A stretch of 64,000 nucleotides of DNA from Hamiltosporidium tvaerminnensis FI-OER-3-3 (taxonomy: Eukaryota > Fungi > Microsporidia). The notes under the pieces were generated by a model. It saw nothing but the letters and a program-made list of their open reading frames with translations, was not told where the DNA came from and ran no database searches. This document shows positions 37,331 through 51,100 of this stretch, in pieces. Position 1 is the stretch's first letter. Each line of letters opens with the position of its first letter. The translations under genes and the position numbers were made by a program. Location: the NCBI GenBank assembly GCA_022605425.2, contig CM061253.1, positions 682,001 through 746,000 on the forward strand, given 5' to 3'.

Positions 37331-40094
37331 TTCGAAACTGTTTTACGGCGGAGCCGGCGAACTACTGTAAAATAAGGTATATCATTTTATTTCCGACTTT
37401 TGCAATAAACTCACGAAATTGACGATGGTTTAATGTATAGGATTTTATATAGTTAACAGTTGATATATCTGGATTTAAAACCTCGATATGCTCTTGCACT
37501 TTCCACATAACGACTGTTGATGAATAATACAATGTATTATCAATGGATTAAGACCACCATACTTTTCTACTACTTTACATACGAGAGATACTACACCTTT
37601 GTTTATTCCGCCATTATTTGTAATACACTTTAAGTTTTTCTATCGAAGGTCATTTTTGCAATAGGTTTAGACTTCTGAAAAATTCTTCTCAGGTAGTTGT
37701 CATATGAGTACTTAGAACTTTGAAAAATCTTCATATACTTCATAATTTGACAAAATCTCTCGAATAAAAAACAAACACTGGGCTATATCCTTAACATCAT
37801 TTGAGTCATCCAGGACCAAAGAAAATCATACTAAGTGTCTTTTTTTTGGAAAGCCGTGTAGTTGAGTTGTTAATCTTGTCGTTTACTATCCTGGCTATTG
37901 TATTGGCTGACAAACCGATGTTTTTAAACTTGTAATCTATTCTGAACACGTTTCTAATGCTGTATAAATAATAAAATCTTTAATAATTCCTCGTGTGTAA
38001 AAGATATGCCAGGTTTTTCTAATAAAAAATCACAAGAAAATTAGCTCGGGTTTCTGCTTCTTTGTCAGAATTTATTTTCTTAAACACTATTTTTGAGATT
38101 TTTAACCGCATTTTAAAGTTTCATATTTCTCTATCCTAGATTTCCAAAGTATTTTGAGTAATACTTAGAATGCTTCGCTTTATAATAACTTTTTATATTG
38201 TATTCGTTAAAAACCGAAATATTTTCAATACAAATAAGACATATTAGCATAGTACTTGACACAATAATATAGTACAGAGTCCCCTATTGTTCTTTAAAGG
38301 TTCTGCATTCACTATCTATCTCTCTTTTTTTCTCCGTTTCATATTTACTCAAATTAAAGAACTAAAAAAAATGAAATAAGAATCTAGAATGGTTAAGGTT
38401 AAATTTTTTCACAAAAACTAAAATAAGAATCCAATTAGGTTAACATAGAAATTATTTCCAAAAAAATAAACTTTAAAAGTTTCTTTTTACTGCAGTTATA
38501 CAATCAAGAAAAAAAATACGAGTTATAAGATATTGATTTTACTAAACGATAACATTTTAAAGTTTGATTTAGATAATTTTGACATAACATAACAATATCA
38601 TTTGCAAAGTAAAGATTATAAAGAAGTTAAATGAGGTATCAAAACATAATTATGTGTCGTTTTTTTAATCACCAAACACAGCAAGTACTGACTTAATGGT
38701 CTAACCACCTTCTCACGTAATAAAGCTCAAGATTTGACGCCAGATTAGAGATATGCTTTTTACCAGTCTTTTTAATGAAACAGAAGTTCTATTGGCAAAT
38801 ATTGAAGTCATATAAAAATAGTTGGATCCAGATCTAGTTAAATCCGTTTTCCTAGATAATAATACAAATCCGGGTAATTATTCCGATGTAATGACTATTA
38901 TTTCCTTTTTATTAATAAAATAAGTGTAAAACAAAGGTGAGATAGCTGACAACAGGTAAGCCAAGCTTAAAAATCAAAAGTATAAATAAAAAAAATATTT
39001 AAGATTGATTTAATTTATGTATGTCTGGTAAAATGATAAGATTATAAAAGCTCCCCCTTTCGAATTCAGTGTAATTTTTCAAAATAAACATCTCTATTTT
39101 TTATTTCTTCCTTTTTACTTTAAATTATTAATTTAAATACAACTTTTATCCTTTAAAAATATGGGTTATATACAGTTTTACTTTTTTTGATTGTATATAT
39201 GAAACTTTAAAAGTGCGATTTAAAAATATTGATAATTAAGAGTGAAGAAATACGCTTTGGTACTTAGCATAAAATCTAATGAGTTATTGGCCGGTAGGAC
39301 TTTTTATAGATGCAAATGTCTCCCGCCAAGGCAAAAATTTTGGCGGCTCTTGGGCTAAACTAATTAATATAAGCCACCCTCGAATGCCTAAGCTTCATTA
39401 TTTCTTACTAATATTTAGACTAAAAATTGCCGAAATCAAATTAATAATTTATTTAGAATTTCTTTTAACTCTAAATTTACTAAAAATCAATCAAATTGAT
39501 TTTTTAAATATCTAAAATTTTTTTTAAAGACATCATTCATACATTATAAATGAAATTTCATTTCCATTATATAAATTTAGGCAAAATTATAGCATATTTA
39601 TGTTAAAATTTATTACGAAACAGCTTTTTTTAATATTTATATCGAGTAAACGAGGAAAAGCACTTACTTTAATAAAAATTAAGAATTTAATGCAATTTAT
39701 CGGCTAATATAGTAGAAAGACAAATTCGTATGTCATCTTTATTATCGTATTATTATTATTTTTTGAAAAGAACCTCATTATAAAATTTTCATTTAGTATG
39801 ATTAGACATGGGAAACATTAATTAAGTTATAGATTTATTCAATAGAACATTCTTCAATGACTTCCTCCTACTAAAAAAAACATTAAGAACATTGAAATAT
39901 AGTTGAAATAGTATTACTCTGCTTTTTTGCCGAATATAAAGCAATATATTTTTAATATAATGATTTTCGTGGGAACAATAAAGCATTGAAATTAAAAATA
40001 GGTCGAATGTTTTTTTTTTAACTGTAAAACAATAATTGAAATACTCGAATGTATATTTTTGAAAAAAAAGATTAAAATTAATACAATCTAATAT

Positions 40095-40827
40095 TTATAA
40101 CATTATATCTATCACATCTTTTTTAAAACAGTGGCAAGTGTTATATTTGTTTTCATGACATTAACGCAGTTCTAGGTTTAACATAAATAACTGCTACCCC
40201 AAAACTCCATCAGTAACCCCTGCGATACCTACGTCCCAAAGCCTTTCATTTACCAGGTGTGTAGAACCTAATTACTAGGCGAGGCAGTTGCCCGGAGTTC
40301 GTTAATGTCCGTTGCATGGAGTGTGATCGAAGGCCGAAGCCCCCCCTGGGCTCCCCCAAGACTATGCAGCATTCCCACTTAATCTACACTTTCTGAACCC
40401 AATAAACTTCTAGCTAAGATATATTTCAGAGATTTACATGGAGTCCACCTAGACAGTGCAATGTCATACCAACAGGTATAACCTGCTACTTGGCTCTCCC
40501 GGCTTTTAATGGGTTTTATTTTTATATCTCCCAGGCGCTAAGTCTTCTAACCCGAGTGAGCAAGGCTAGGTTTCCATGCTTTTACATGGAGATTACCTAC
40601 ATGTTCAGCTGCGGTCTGCAATCTGGTTACATAAAAAACTACAAATAAATTTATAGAAAAAGTTTCACCATTTCTTAGAACTCTCCTCCTCATAACAACT
40701 CCCATGGAACAACCGAAGATGTAGTGTGGTTGTATTCCCACCAAAAATCCAAACAATGATCTCACACCAGTTTCACGCACTCATTGCCAAGCAGAAAGTT
40801 TTTTATGTGGTTATCCTCCCTCCACAT
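40095..40827 (-). mobile_element. Well-preserved ~730-nt SINE-like retroposon copy, 13-bp TSD
   Basis: TACAATCTAATAT at 40082-40094 and 40828-40840; nearly identical to 22969-23698. Confidence 0.95.
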
Positions 40828-40904
40828 TACAATCTAATATAATACTGAGAAATTTAAATTTTAATTTTAAAAATAATTACAAATATTAATTTATTTGTAA
40901 AAAA

Positions 40905-41768
40905 TTAAAAAAATGTTTGATCAAATATTCTAATGTATGGATCCAATGTTTTTGGATTATCCATGACATTTTGTAGTGTAGGAAGATCTTCAATGAGAAC
41001 GGTATCAATGTTTTCAGGATCTAAGGGAACGCATACTTTGGTTGTAGAAGAATGAACACAGAAGGGAGATTTGAGTAGGTGTTTAATCTCCGATGTAACA
41101 TTTTTATCAAGTTTTATATATAAATGTTCAAATATCTCTTCGACTGTGGCAGTTTCGGGTTTAATATTTAGATCTGGTTCATTAAAATATGAAATATTTT
41201 CCATCAAAATATTACAATATTCTGTTGGAAATATCTTTCTTTTAGAAACCGAATCAAAAAATTTTGTCACACTTTGACGTTCGGAATTATTTAACGAACG
41301 AGCATTGTCATCCGATACCCAACAATGTATACCACGTCCTCCTGAAAATACAAAAAGTACTTTTTCAAATCCAAATTCTTCTTTCAAAGAATAATTTAGC
41401 AATTTTATAGCAGATTTTACCAACACAAAACATGTTTCACAAGTATTTCTTCCCGTACAACATATTCTTTTATAATCTGTCAAATCAATATCAAAAACAA
41501 GTTCTTTTTCAACTGGAATACATTCAGTTCCTTTTCTTTGTCTATTAGCATATACAGCTCCAAAATCTATTTTGACAGGAACGGTTGATAAAATCTTTGT
41601 CTGTAATTCTTCTTTTGATTTGAAATTTAAATACCGTAAATACATGCCGTTTTGTAATGTGAAAGATATTTCTCGTTTCTCGTCAATTTTTAACCATTGA
41701 AATATTCTTTCCAATGGAAATATATTTTCATAAAAATATGGTAACATCGAATAGGCTTGATCGTCCAT
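40905..41768 (-). CDS. PRI1: DNA primase small (catalytic) subunit
   Basis: REISF, PVKIDFGAVY, KELVFDIDLTDY, FSGGRGIHCWV and HLLKSPFCVH motifs. Confidence 0.96.
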   Translation of the reverse strand: MDDQAYSMLPYFYENIFPLERIFQWLKIDEKREISFTLQNGMYLRYLNFKSKEELQTKILSTVPVKIDFGAVYANRQRKGTECIPVEKELVFDIDLTDYKRICCTGRNTCETCFVLVKSAIKLLNYSLKEEFGFEKVLFVFSGGRGIHCWVSDDNARSLNNSERQSVTKFFDSVSKRKIFPTEYCNILMENISYFNEPDLNIKPETATVEEIFEHLYIKLDKNVTSEIKHLLKSPFCVHSSTTKVCVPLDPENIDTVLIEDLPTLQNVMDNPKTLDPYIRIFDQTFF

Positions 41769-42184
41769 AAAAAGAGGGGAGGTTTTTTATGTATAAATTT
41801 TTAGATAATTTGTATTGCCAGTTAGTAAAGATTTACATTCGCTTTTTAATGAAAAATATATTTTCTAAAAAATAAAAATTTGGATGCATTTATTTGCTAT
41901 CGAAAAATATTAGTTTTGTAGAAAATATGTTAAAAAAATGTTTTAATGCGTTAAATATAATTGAATATATTTTGATTTTAAATGCTTTGCAGAATTTTAT
42001 ATATTTTCTTCTACTTTTTGTGCCATCTTCTTTTACTTTTCAGAATCGGAATTTTCATTTATTTTTATTTGCAGTTACTTTTATATGGTTCTTCTACATC
42101 TAAAATAAGGAGCTATTATTTTTTAAAAAAAATATTTAACGCCATATTATACTTTACTTGTTTGTTTTAAAGGCTATGATGATT

Positions 42185-42650
42185 CCTCATTCACCTAGTC
42201 TCCGATAACAACAATAACTGCTCTTTTCCGGCATTTGGGCCGACTCAATTCTTCTTCATTGATCATATGAAATCTCCAAACTGTTTTCTAAGTACAATCA
42301 ACTGAATATATGTCTCTATATTCAGCAATATTTGCATTTTTACCATACGTCTTATGGAATTTGTTACAATACCATCCGGGTTCATCACATACAAGATTAT
42401 CCCAAGACTACATATATAAATAAGACTTAAAGAATGTTAAAACCTTTTGTTTCCCGATTTTTTTAGTTTACTCAACTTTAAGTGAAACTTGGGAAGTAAT
42501 TCTATTTCAATTTAAGTTTCCTTTTTATAATCTTATTCAAAATAAATATTTCGGATCTATTATTCCGAACTTTTGACATCAGTTTTTAGTCCGATGGCCA
42601 CTCTTATCTCTGCATATTCATTTTCAAAAATTTCTTGAACTGGATTTCGC
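42185..42650 (-). mobile_element. Decayed RLE-domain fragment of R4-like LINE
   Basis: ctcttatctctgcata.tcatt.tcaa.aatttcttgaactg matches 10413-10455. Confidence 0.75.
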
Positions 42651-42879
42651 GCACTAACAAAAAAAAATCATGAGAAAAAAAGGCATATTTTTAATCTAAA
42701 AATCACAAACTAAGATTTAAAAGACATACAAGCGTACGAAGCAAATAAAAACTGATGGAATATTTAAAATTCGAAAAAAGAAAAATGATATAAATTAAAG
42801 AAAAAAACTAAAAATGACTTTTAATCATATCAATCTGGAGATTGAATATAAAAACCATTTTCGCATCATAGAGCAGACT

Positions 42880-43581
42880 TTAAGCCTTCTTTTCTGCTTT
42901 ATAACAAATATAAGCAATAAAATCAGCGGGTTTACCGGATATTCCATTTTTAGATGCTTCAAACTTAAATTTTTTAGCCGAAGAAATACTTTTAGTACCC
43001 TTATCATCCATAGCATCGCTTTTAACATCAAATACTTTCACGACAGAATCATCAACTACATCTAAAACTGCAAGATTTATTTCGTCTTTTTTTGGTTTTT
43101 TTATGGTCTTATGTATAAACGAAGATAAAGCATATGTTGGTTTGATAGGATGGTGGCCTTTAAACCAGAAACCAAGTCTAACTAAAAGCCCGACATCACC
43201 AACTACCTTTTCCAACTTAGAAATATCTATCTCAAAGTTACTGCTTTCGATCGTTCTTCTGTACTTCTCATATTGCTCTATATTTTTCTTTTCTAATGCT
43301 TCTTTCAACATTTTCACGCCTGACTCCTTTTTATCCTCCGTAGTAAATCCAAAAAAACTTACAGCTTTACAAGAAGCGAAAAAACCAAACTTGTAAAGAT
43401 TCACTAAAGATGTAAATCTTTTATAATCCTCTAAATCCGAAAATTTCTTATAGTCGTCTTCGAAGCTCTTAATGACATTACCGGCTTTAATGTATCCCAC
43501 AACACACATTATGCCAAATATAGCCAATATTGAACCAACAACTCCTAATGCAATGCGTATTTTGTTTCTTTTACTCACCAT
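42880..43581 (-). CDS. Signal-anchored lineage-specific (putative surface/secretory-pathway) protein, 233 aa, intact
   Basis: Basic N-terminus plus a single hydrophobic helix; three paralogs in the window. Confidence 0.85.
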   Translation of the reverse strand: MVSKRNKIRIALGVVGSILAIFGIMCVVGYIKAGNVIKSFEDDYKKFSDLEDYKRFTSLVNLYKFGFFASCKAVSFFGFTTEDKKESGVKMLKEALEKKNIEQYEKYRRTIESSNFEIDISKLEKVVGDVGLLVRLGFWFKGHHPIKPTYALSSFIHKTIKKPKKDEINLAVLDVVDDSVVKVFDVKSDAMDDKGTKSISSAKKFKFEASKNGISGKPADFIAYICYKAEKKA

Positions 43582-44134
43582 ATGGATAACATTTTTTCAC
43601 GTAATAAAATAAAAAAAAAATGATCAAATATTCCAAAACCAGATAATTTATTCCCCAATAAAAAATTGGATTAAATTTATGAATCACAAATCAAATTTTT
43701 TCTTAAGCGTTTTCGATTGGTTATTTTAAAAATTAATTTTATTTGATACCATCTAAATTGCATTCCCCATTGAAAAATATTTTTTTATAATCAATTCGAT
43801 AAATTAATTTGTTATATTTGGCTAATAATAAATGATTCTAAAAAAAATAGAAAAATAGAAAACAACTCCTTTTTGGGAATAAAAAATATCGGAAATTTTT
43901 TTTAAAAAATATCGAAAATTTATTTAAAAAATGGTATATAATTTAATGCTTTTAGAAAAAATCTCAAATTAATATAGACAAGACCGGAAATTGAAACAAG
44001 ATTGTAGTATACAACAAAAATGTAAAAAAAGCCAAATCATACGAAAGTACATACAAATAGAAGCAACAAAATGAACTAGAAATAGTTAGTAAAAAAATTA
44101 AAAATTTATATTTCTAATCATTTTTATTCAATGA

Positions 44135-44834
44135 ATATCCTATCTTTTTAAAGAATTTATTTGTTTTATATTATTTTATGACATTAACATGGTTATAGGA
44201 TGTCATATATAGTTTTTCTTAGAAACTCCATAAGTATTCTATACGAGATCTAAACCCAAAGATTTTTTTATCTAAAATATATATAAATTTCATTGAATAA
44301 GCGAACAATCGCACAAAATGTTAATATTCGTTTGCTGGTGTTGATCACAGATTGAAACCTACATTAGGAATATCTTAAACTAGCAGCAATCACAGTTACT
44401 CTACGTTTTTCGAACCGAATAGACATTCAGCTAAAATATATTTCGGCTATTTATAAGAAATTCACCTGAAAGTTACAAAACATATAAACATATATAGCCA
44501 ACCACTTGAAATTCTTAGCTTTTAAATGGATATTTTTTTTTCTAAATCTCTCAGGCTCAGTGTCTCAAAACTTAAAGTAGCAAGACTTATTTCATGACTT
44601 TATGTTGTAATCACTTCCAATTCAGCTTTATTCAAAGCTCTAGTTTGAATGAAAAAATTACAAACTTATTTGTTGAAAGAGTTTCTCTATTTCGTAGACC
44701 TTTTCCACCTTATCGCTTCTCTATCGAAAAACCAAAAATTTAATGTGATTTTCATCTTATCAAAAATCTAAAAAATATTTCATTATTTCGCTGTCAAGTG
44801 GAATATTTTTTTTGTGGTTATTCTTGCTTCACCT
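44135..44834 (-). mobile_element. Decayed ~730-nt retroposon copy (within 2.1-kb duplication)
   Basis: tatgacattaac ... tttgtggttattctt colinear with the family. Confidence 0.8.
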
Positions 44835-45259
44835 TTCAGCCGGCAAATGAATTTATTTTAAACCAGGACATGTATCAAAGAATTAATTTGCATTTTTAAT
44901 ACTTTTTTCAGCCATAAATAAAATCACAAGTCAAGTGTAATTTTATTTAATTCATGAGGAGTAGTATTTGATTCATTCGAATATTTCTAAATTAGAAACA
45001 ACAAATATTTTTTTATTCAAATAAGTCAAAAATGAAATAAAAATTTTAATAGATATTTAGTTTAAAAACCGGTTTTTTTTGCATTGGAAAATTTACATTT
45101 TTTTAAAAAAAACTCTGAAAAGTAAAAACATTACAGAACCGATTTTCTTTTGTAAACAAAATTAAAAATTTTTCAATGTAAATTTAAGTTTCATAAAAAT
45201 TTCAATGCAGTTTTTTTCTTCGTAAAAAATTAAGAATTTCCTTTAAAATAAAACCCTGT

Positions 45260-45952
45260 ATGGAACAACAATTCATACTTCGTGTAAATGAAGAATTGAA
45301 AGAAATGTTACAAACAAATACAAAAAGTATTGAATTGGAAGTTATTGGGGAAGATACTGTTATTCTGAGACACAACTCAATAGAATATACCGGATATATT
45401 TCCAAATTACCATGTATAATTGAATCTCATAAAACTATGGACAATCAACAATTTTATAAAATAAGTGATATATCACATATTGTGGTTATAGGCAATAAGA
45501 GTAAAGGAGAACATGGCATTACGCCACCGATGTACAATACCAAGCACAGATTTAGAAAACGTGTTGTAAAAACACAAATGGTAGAGGAAATAGAAAACAG
45601 AGTCAAGGAATTGCTTGAGAGAGATAAGAATTGTGTTGGTGTCGAGTTAATATTTGGAGAAGGCGAACAAAAAGAAGAAAGTGAAGATGTCTCATCATTA
45701 GCAGCCGAACTTGAATATAATCTTATTGCATCTGAAAAAAATATTGTTACTGAAGAGAGCGATGAGATAAAACAAAAGAAAGAATTGTTGAAGGAATTGG
45801 AGGAAAAAATAAAAACCAAAGAAGAACTTCTTAATACGGCCAGTAATATTATTCTTAAGAAAAGGTTTCAAGAATCCATTTTTGCTTTGAAAGAAGAATA
45901 TAATAAAGTTATCGGAGAGATCAAAGATTTAGAAAATAATGAAAAAGATTAA
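45260..45952 (+). CDS. TAF7: TFIID subunit TAF7
   Basis: EQQFILR, LPCIIESHKT, FYKISDIS, HGITPPM..RFRK (TAFII55 N-terminal domain) and a coiled-coil C-terminus. Confidence 0.93.
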   Translation: MEQQFILRVNEELKEMLQTNTKSIELEVIGEDTVILRHNSIEYTGYISKLPCIIESHKTMDNQQFYKISDISHIVVIGNKSKGEHGITPPMYNTKHRFRKRVVKTQMVEEIENRVKELLERDKNCVGVELIFGEGEQKEESEDVSSLAAELEYNLIASEKNIVTEESDEIKQKKELLKELEEKIKTKEELLNTASNIILKKRFQESIFALKEEYNKVIGEIKDLENNEKD

Positions 45953-46804
45953 AATTTGTATTTTTTTGGATTTGATATTAAGACCATATTTTAAATATAT
46001 TATGGACATAGGTTTCGCTAGAAATTTCTTCTTTTTCTATAAATTTTGTAGTTTAAAAATAAAATTTGTATTTTTATAAATAAAGTTAAAACGTTAATAG
46101 GTTTTTTTTATAATTTTATATTCACATAAATATAAATTTAGAAAATAAAGATTGCATATTAATACTTTTTCAGGTAAATATGTTTCATTTCTTCTGTTAT
46201 ATATTTAAAATGTTTAGAATTTATATGATGGTAGGTGATATCACTATATGATTTGCTTAAAATCCATTGCTGGAATTTTTTCTTTGCTGAATTCTCTAGA
46301 TTAGATATCTATATAAAGTTTCAAATTGGTTAAATATTTTTCTTCATAATTTAGGCAGAATATTTTGAATTTAATTTACATTCACTATATGTTTCTTACG
46401 TTTAATGAAAGTATGAATTATTTAAACATTCAATGTTCTAGTATGATATAACCGCGTACTCGGATCATTCTTTAGTCTCTAGGTCTCTTTCCTGGTACTC
46501 TGCAAATCAAAAAAAACGACTTAAATTTTTTAAATACTTAGGGGGAATATGTTTACGACTTATTGAAATTGTGGGCCCTTTAAGATACATATAGATTATA
46601 TTTCTATACAATACAATTCTATATTATTAATAGAATTGGCGTAATACTAAATCTATTAATATAACTTGACTCATTTAGCAGACCAATCTTACATTATTTT
46701 TTGGGTATTATGATTTAAAAGAAATTCAAGTCTTATAACTCTTATTAAAATGAAAGTAAAAAATTTAATTTTTAAAAAGACATCATAAGTAATAAAATGT
46801 CTCA

Positions 46805-47800
46805 AATTCATTCATCCTTGGCACTACAGCTCTGGGTGAGCCTTGGACTCCCTTAGTAATGTCTATAATTAGTATTTTTGTTATCTAGATGCCCTCTATT
46901 TTTCATTTATATTTACAAGAATATTTTGAAAATTTTATTTTTCAATTTTTTCGAAGACTTAAATCTAATGAATTAAAAAAAATTAATACAGATAGAATAT
47001 TATTATATTTTTGTTGTGATAATTGTGTCAATGAATCTTTTACGTTAATATGTTTAATGATATATAAGCATGCTAAAAAGTCTGGTTTAATGAAATTTTC
47101 ATTTGCACAATTAAATACATATTTTATCTGAATATATACAGAAGATAATCCTTGTATTAGCATCATTATTCCCAATATTAAGTTATGAGTATTACTAATA
47201 CAAATCGCGCATAAAATCTCTTAAAACACCATCACCTCCTTGAATGTTTTTCGAATTTCTTCTCTAGCTCACCTTCTTCTTTCACAGCTTTACATTAAGC
47301 ATCCTCGTATCATTTTCTACTGCTTAAATTTTCTTTTCCGTAGTCTAACTTTTTTATTTTTGCTATTAGTTTATACATATAGGCTTGGTTTGTCTTTCGA
47401 TCAGGGGGTATTCGTATTACATGCTCTAGCCATCTTAATTTTTCTCTTTTTATTTCTGTTACCAAATTTGATTCAAGATAGAGATCATAAATTTCTTGGT
47501 CTGTTTGCATTTTTATCTTATTGTTTATGGGTTTCAGGCATGTGTTAAAGAAGCATCCTTCTTTCCCACGTGGCTAAAAGTATTTCATTCTTTTTGTCAT
47601 AGCCTAAGTATCAGATTTCTACATTACAGCAGTTCGTATGATAGGTCTAAATATATTCCTTTTTGAACTCCATCTTATATATCTTGATTTAATCAAATTT
47701 TGCATCGTAAAGTAGACTTTTTCCTGCTTTCATCCGTTCTTTAATTTTCCTCATTGCTTTTGTTGTTTTCATTTATGAAAGTTTCTGAGAAATTTAAAGC
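46805..47800 (-). mobile_element. Decayed RTE-clade non-LTR retrotransposon 3' region (interrupted)
   Basis: TDQEIYDLY..EIKREKLRWLEHVIRI resembles RTE C-termini; 3' tail ccaaggctcacccagagctgtagtgccaaggatgaatgaa. Confidence 0.6.
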
Positions 47801-48112
47801 TCAATACATTTTAGAACTTTATTGAGTCACTTTATAGAGTATTTTTCAAGTTCCTTGCGAAAATGCTATTTCCATATACTTAGTTTTGCTTTAATTAATC
47901 TTTATGCGGTCCATAATGCCCCTCATGTCCTTAGTGCCCCCGTTATTTCTAGAACACCCCCCCCTTTATTTTCGATAGATTATAATCCTCATATTTTCTA
48001 TTCATTCATCTTTAACACCCCATATTAAAATATGAAGTATTTTGTTTCTTAATACATTAGGGGTCAAATGAAAATAAATGTTTATATACTTTTAATTTTA
48101 TTTTTCCCTCCA

Positions 48113-51100
48113 ATGGGTAGAAAGAAAAATGTTAGCAGCGAAATATCAAAAAATATTAAAATAAAGGCTGCAAACGACGCTGATGAGGCGAAGAAAAGTG
48201 ATAGTGGGGTACAAAAATGTGAGCTACACCCACTGGCGATTCCCCTACCTTTCTCCTCCTACACAACAATAACACATTCACCACCAAGCCAAACACGCAG
48301 TAACATGCAAAATAGTGGGATTGACACCTTACCCTCGCCTAATACGCCCCTTCCCTCTATGATTGAAGTCTCTGCGTGCGAGCCATCTTACTACATGACA
48401 AAACCCTGTGCTCTAGCTATTCCGGAACGTAACAGGCTAATGGCAAGGCAGACGATATTCGATTCCGTAACAGCCGACCCGAAGGAATGGCCTCGAATTG
48501 TTTTTTCTGCAGTACAGACAAGGTTTGAAAGAATGCCAAAAAATTGCTGGACAGAGCTTCACGGGTACTATAATGAGAAATTCGGCTGCACAGAAACTAT
48601 CGAAGCGTTAAAAAATTTCGCACGAAATGAGGCAGAAAGGAAAATAAAGCAAGAATAGAATGGAGAGCGACGTAGAATCGCCACTTGTCTCACTGAGCCA
48701 TGCACCCTGACTGAACCACGGAGTACATAAACCTGAGAGAAAAATTTTTGAGTAAAATCAAAGAAATCTCGGAGAACGAAATTGGAAAAGTGGTGGTACG
48801 AACTCGAAAGCTTCCAAATGAATTGGTTGACAGTAAATTTTTGGACCTGATTAATCGAATTATCGGTGAATATGCTGATTCTTTACCGATGACGATAAAC
48901 GCAGTGGCACGGATAATCTAGGGAGCTATGTATACTATGACGAGGCAACACGTAAAGAGAAGCCTAGATCCGCTTGGAAAAAAAACATAGAAAGTAAAAT
49001 TTCTAAGTATGTACTTTCCAAAGATCTTCTCGAGAAGGCTCGTAAGCAGGGAAAGCTCTCCACTTCGGAAACGAAGAGCCTTAAGAAAATCATGCGAGAG
49101 TTTAATTTAAACTTGAGCAGTGTAACTGATCTTTCTGAGGCTTTAGTTAAGAAGAATGAGTCTTTGAACGTTTATGAGAAAAAAATTACGATGCATGAAC
49201 GTAGGAAGCAATTCCGAAAAGAGAATCGTATGTTTGAGCTTTTCCGAGGTCGATTTTATCGTGGGTTATCTGAGCGTGTGGAATCCGAGCATTGTGTTAG
49301 CCGTATTGAGATTGTGAGTTTTTGGTCTACAATGTGGAACAGAAATGATGACACAGTCACGTACGATGATTATTTGATTCCATTTGTATCAGATAATCAT
49401 CCGACCACGTTTCCTTCACTTGATGAATTTGTGAATATCATTAATTGGCTTCCTAATTGGAAAGCTGCTGGAATTGATGGTATTTACAATTTTTTCATTA
49501 AGAAACTTACAACTCTTCACAAATATATTTATGACATTGTGAAAGTTATAGTTTTAGAAGAAACACCTCAAGCTGATTGGTTTTACTACGGGCTTACCTA
49601 TTTGATACCCAAAGGAATTCCACGAAGAGGCTCTGACTACAGGCCAATCACTGGTATGTCTAACCTCTACAAGTTAACGACTAAGTGTGTAACGAAAGTC
49701 GATTAACTTGAAGTGGAAAGGTTAGGGTTGCTTGCAGAGAATAGTTGGGAGCAGTTAGAGGTGTGCAGGGAGCGAAATATCAGACTCTACTGAATATTGC
49801 ATTAAATAAAGAGTATGGAAACAATCTTAAGGCAACATGGATTGATGTTAAAAAAGCTTATGATTCAATAGATCATGCTTATTTAACTCAATGCATTGAA
49901 AACCTTAATCTACCTGATTGGATCCTGAAATTTATTAAGGTAATTATATCAAAATGGAAAATTGATATATCAGTAGGGCCTGAAAAAATCATGAGCAAGA
50001 AGATTGAGAGAGGGATTATGCAGGGAGATAATTTGTAACTAGTTTGTTTGTGTTGTGTAGACCCATTGAGCCGAAAGCTTAATGAAAAATACACAAAAGT
50101 GACAGTACAAACAGATGCAGAATCCCATTCTACTAATCATCTCTTGTTTATTGATGATCTAAAGCTCCTTGCAAAAGACAGCTCCACATTGAGTGTTATG
50201 ACAGGCGAGACAAAGGAATTTTTAGAGGTGATTGGCTTAGAGATTAACAAAGAGAAGTCAGCCACAAATGATACGTGTTGTGAAGATACTGCTACTCTTC
50301 TAGAAGGTGTTAGTGTTTACAAATATTTAGGAATAATAGAAGATAGCAGAGGAATCCCAATGCGTAGCTCATTTGAAGAAGTACAGAGCAAACTTATATC
50401 AAGAGTTGAAAGACTTTTCACACTAGATTAAATGCAAAAAATTTATTTTCTGCAATTTATCAACATGCGATATCGTTAATCAACTATCACATAGGAGTAC
50501 TTCGACTTGAACCGGCTGACTTCTCTAAGTTAGATGATGCAGTGCGTGCGGTGTTGGTAATGAATAAGATACATCTCCGCCCAGGATGTAAAGAGCGTTT
50601 ATACCTTCCTAGAACAGAACTTGGAAGAGGCCTACAAAGTGTTGAGTTGCGAAGCGAACATATGCTTCTGCAACTCTTGGATTGTCTGGAAAAAAGCAAA
50701 GAAATATCAACTAGACAAGCAGCAATCCTCAAGGTGGAGAATAATAATAAAACCCATCTTGCACTAATAAAAGGCTTCTTAAAAGTAAAGTACAGGTTGG
50801 TAGAAGAAGTCACTAAGAAAAGTTTCGAAGAAGCTCAACTTGGAAAACTATATAACGAAGTAGAAAAACGAAAACTCTATTCAAAGTTATATAATGCAAG
50901 GAAAAATCAGCTTGCAAGTGTTAGTGACTCTTCAAGATGGCTAAAGAAAGGGAATATTAGGCCCCGCAATGAAGCTTTGTTCTTCTATATCCAGGATAGA
51001 AATGTATTCTGGGGAGCAGATGGTGGGTGTCAACTTTTGGGAAGTCTGGTAAGACTGTAGATCATCTAGCAACTCGATGTGAAAAAATGCTAAGCGATGA

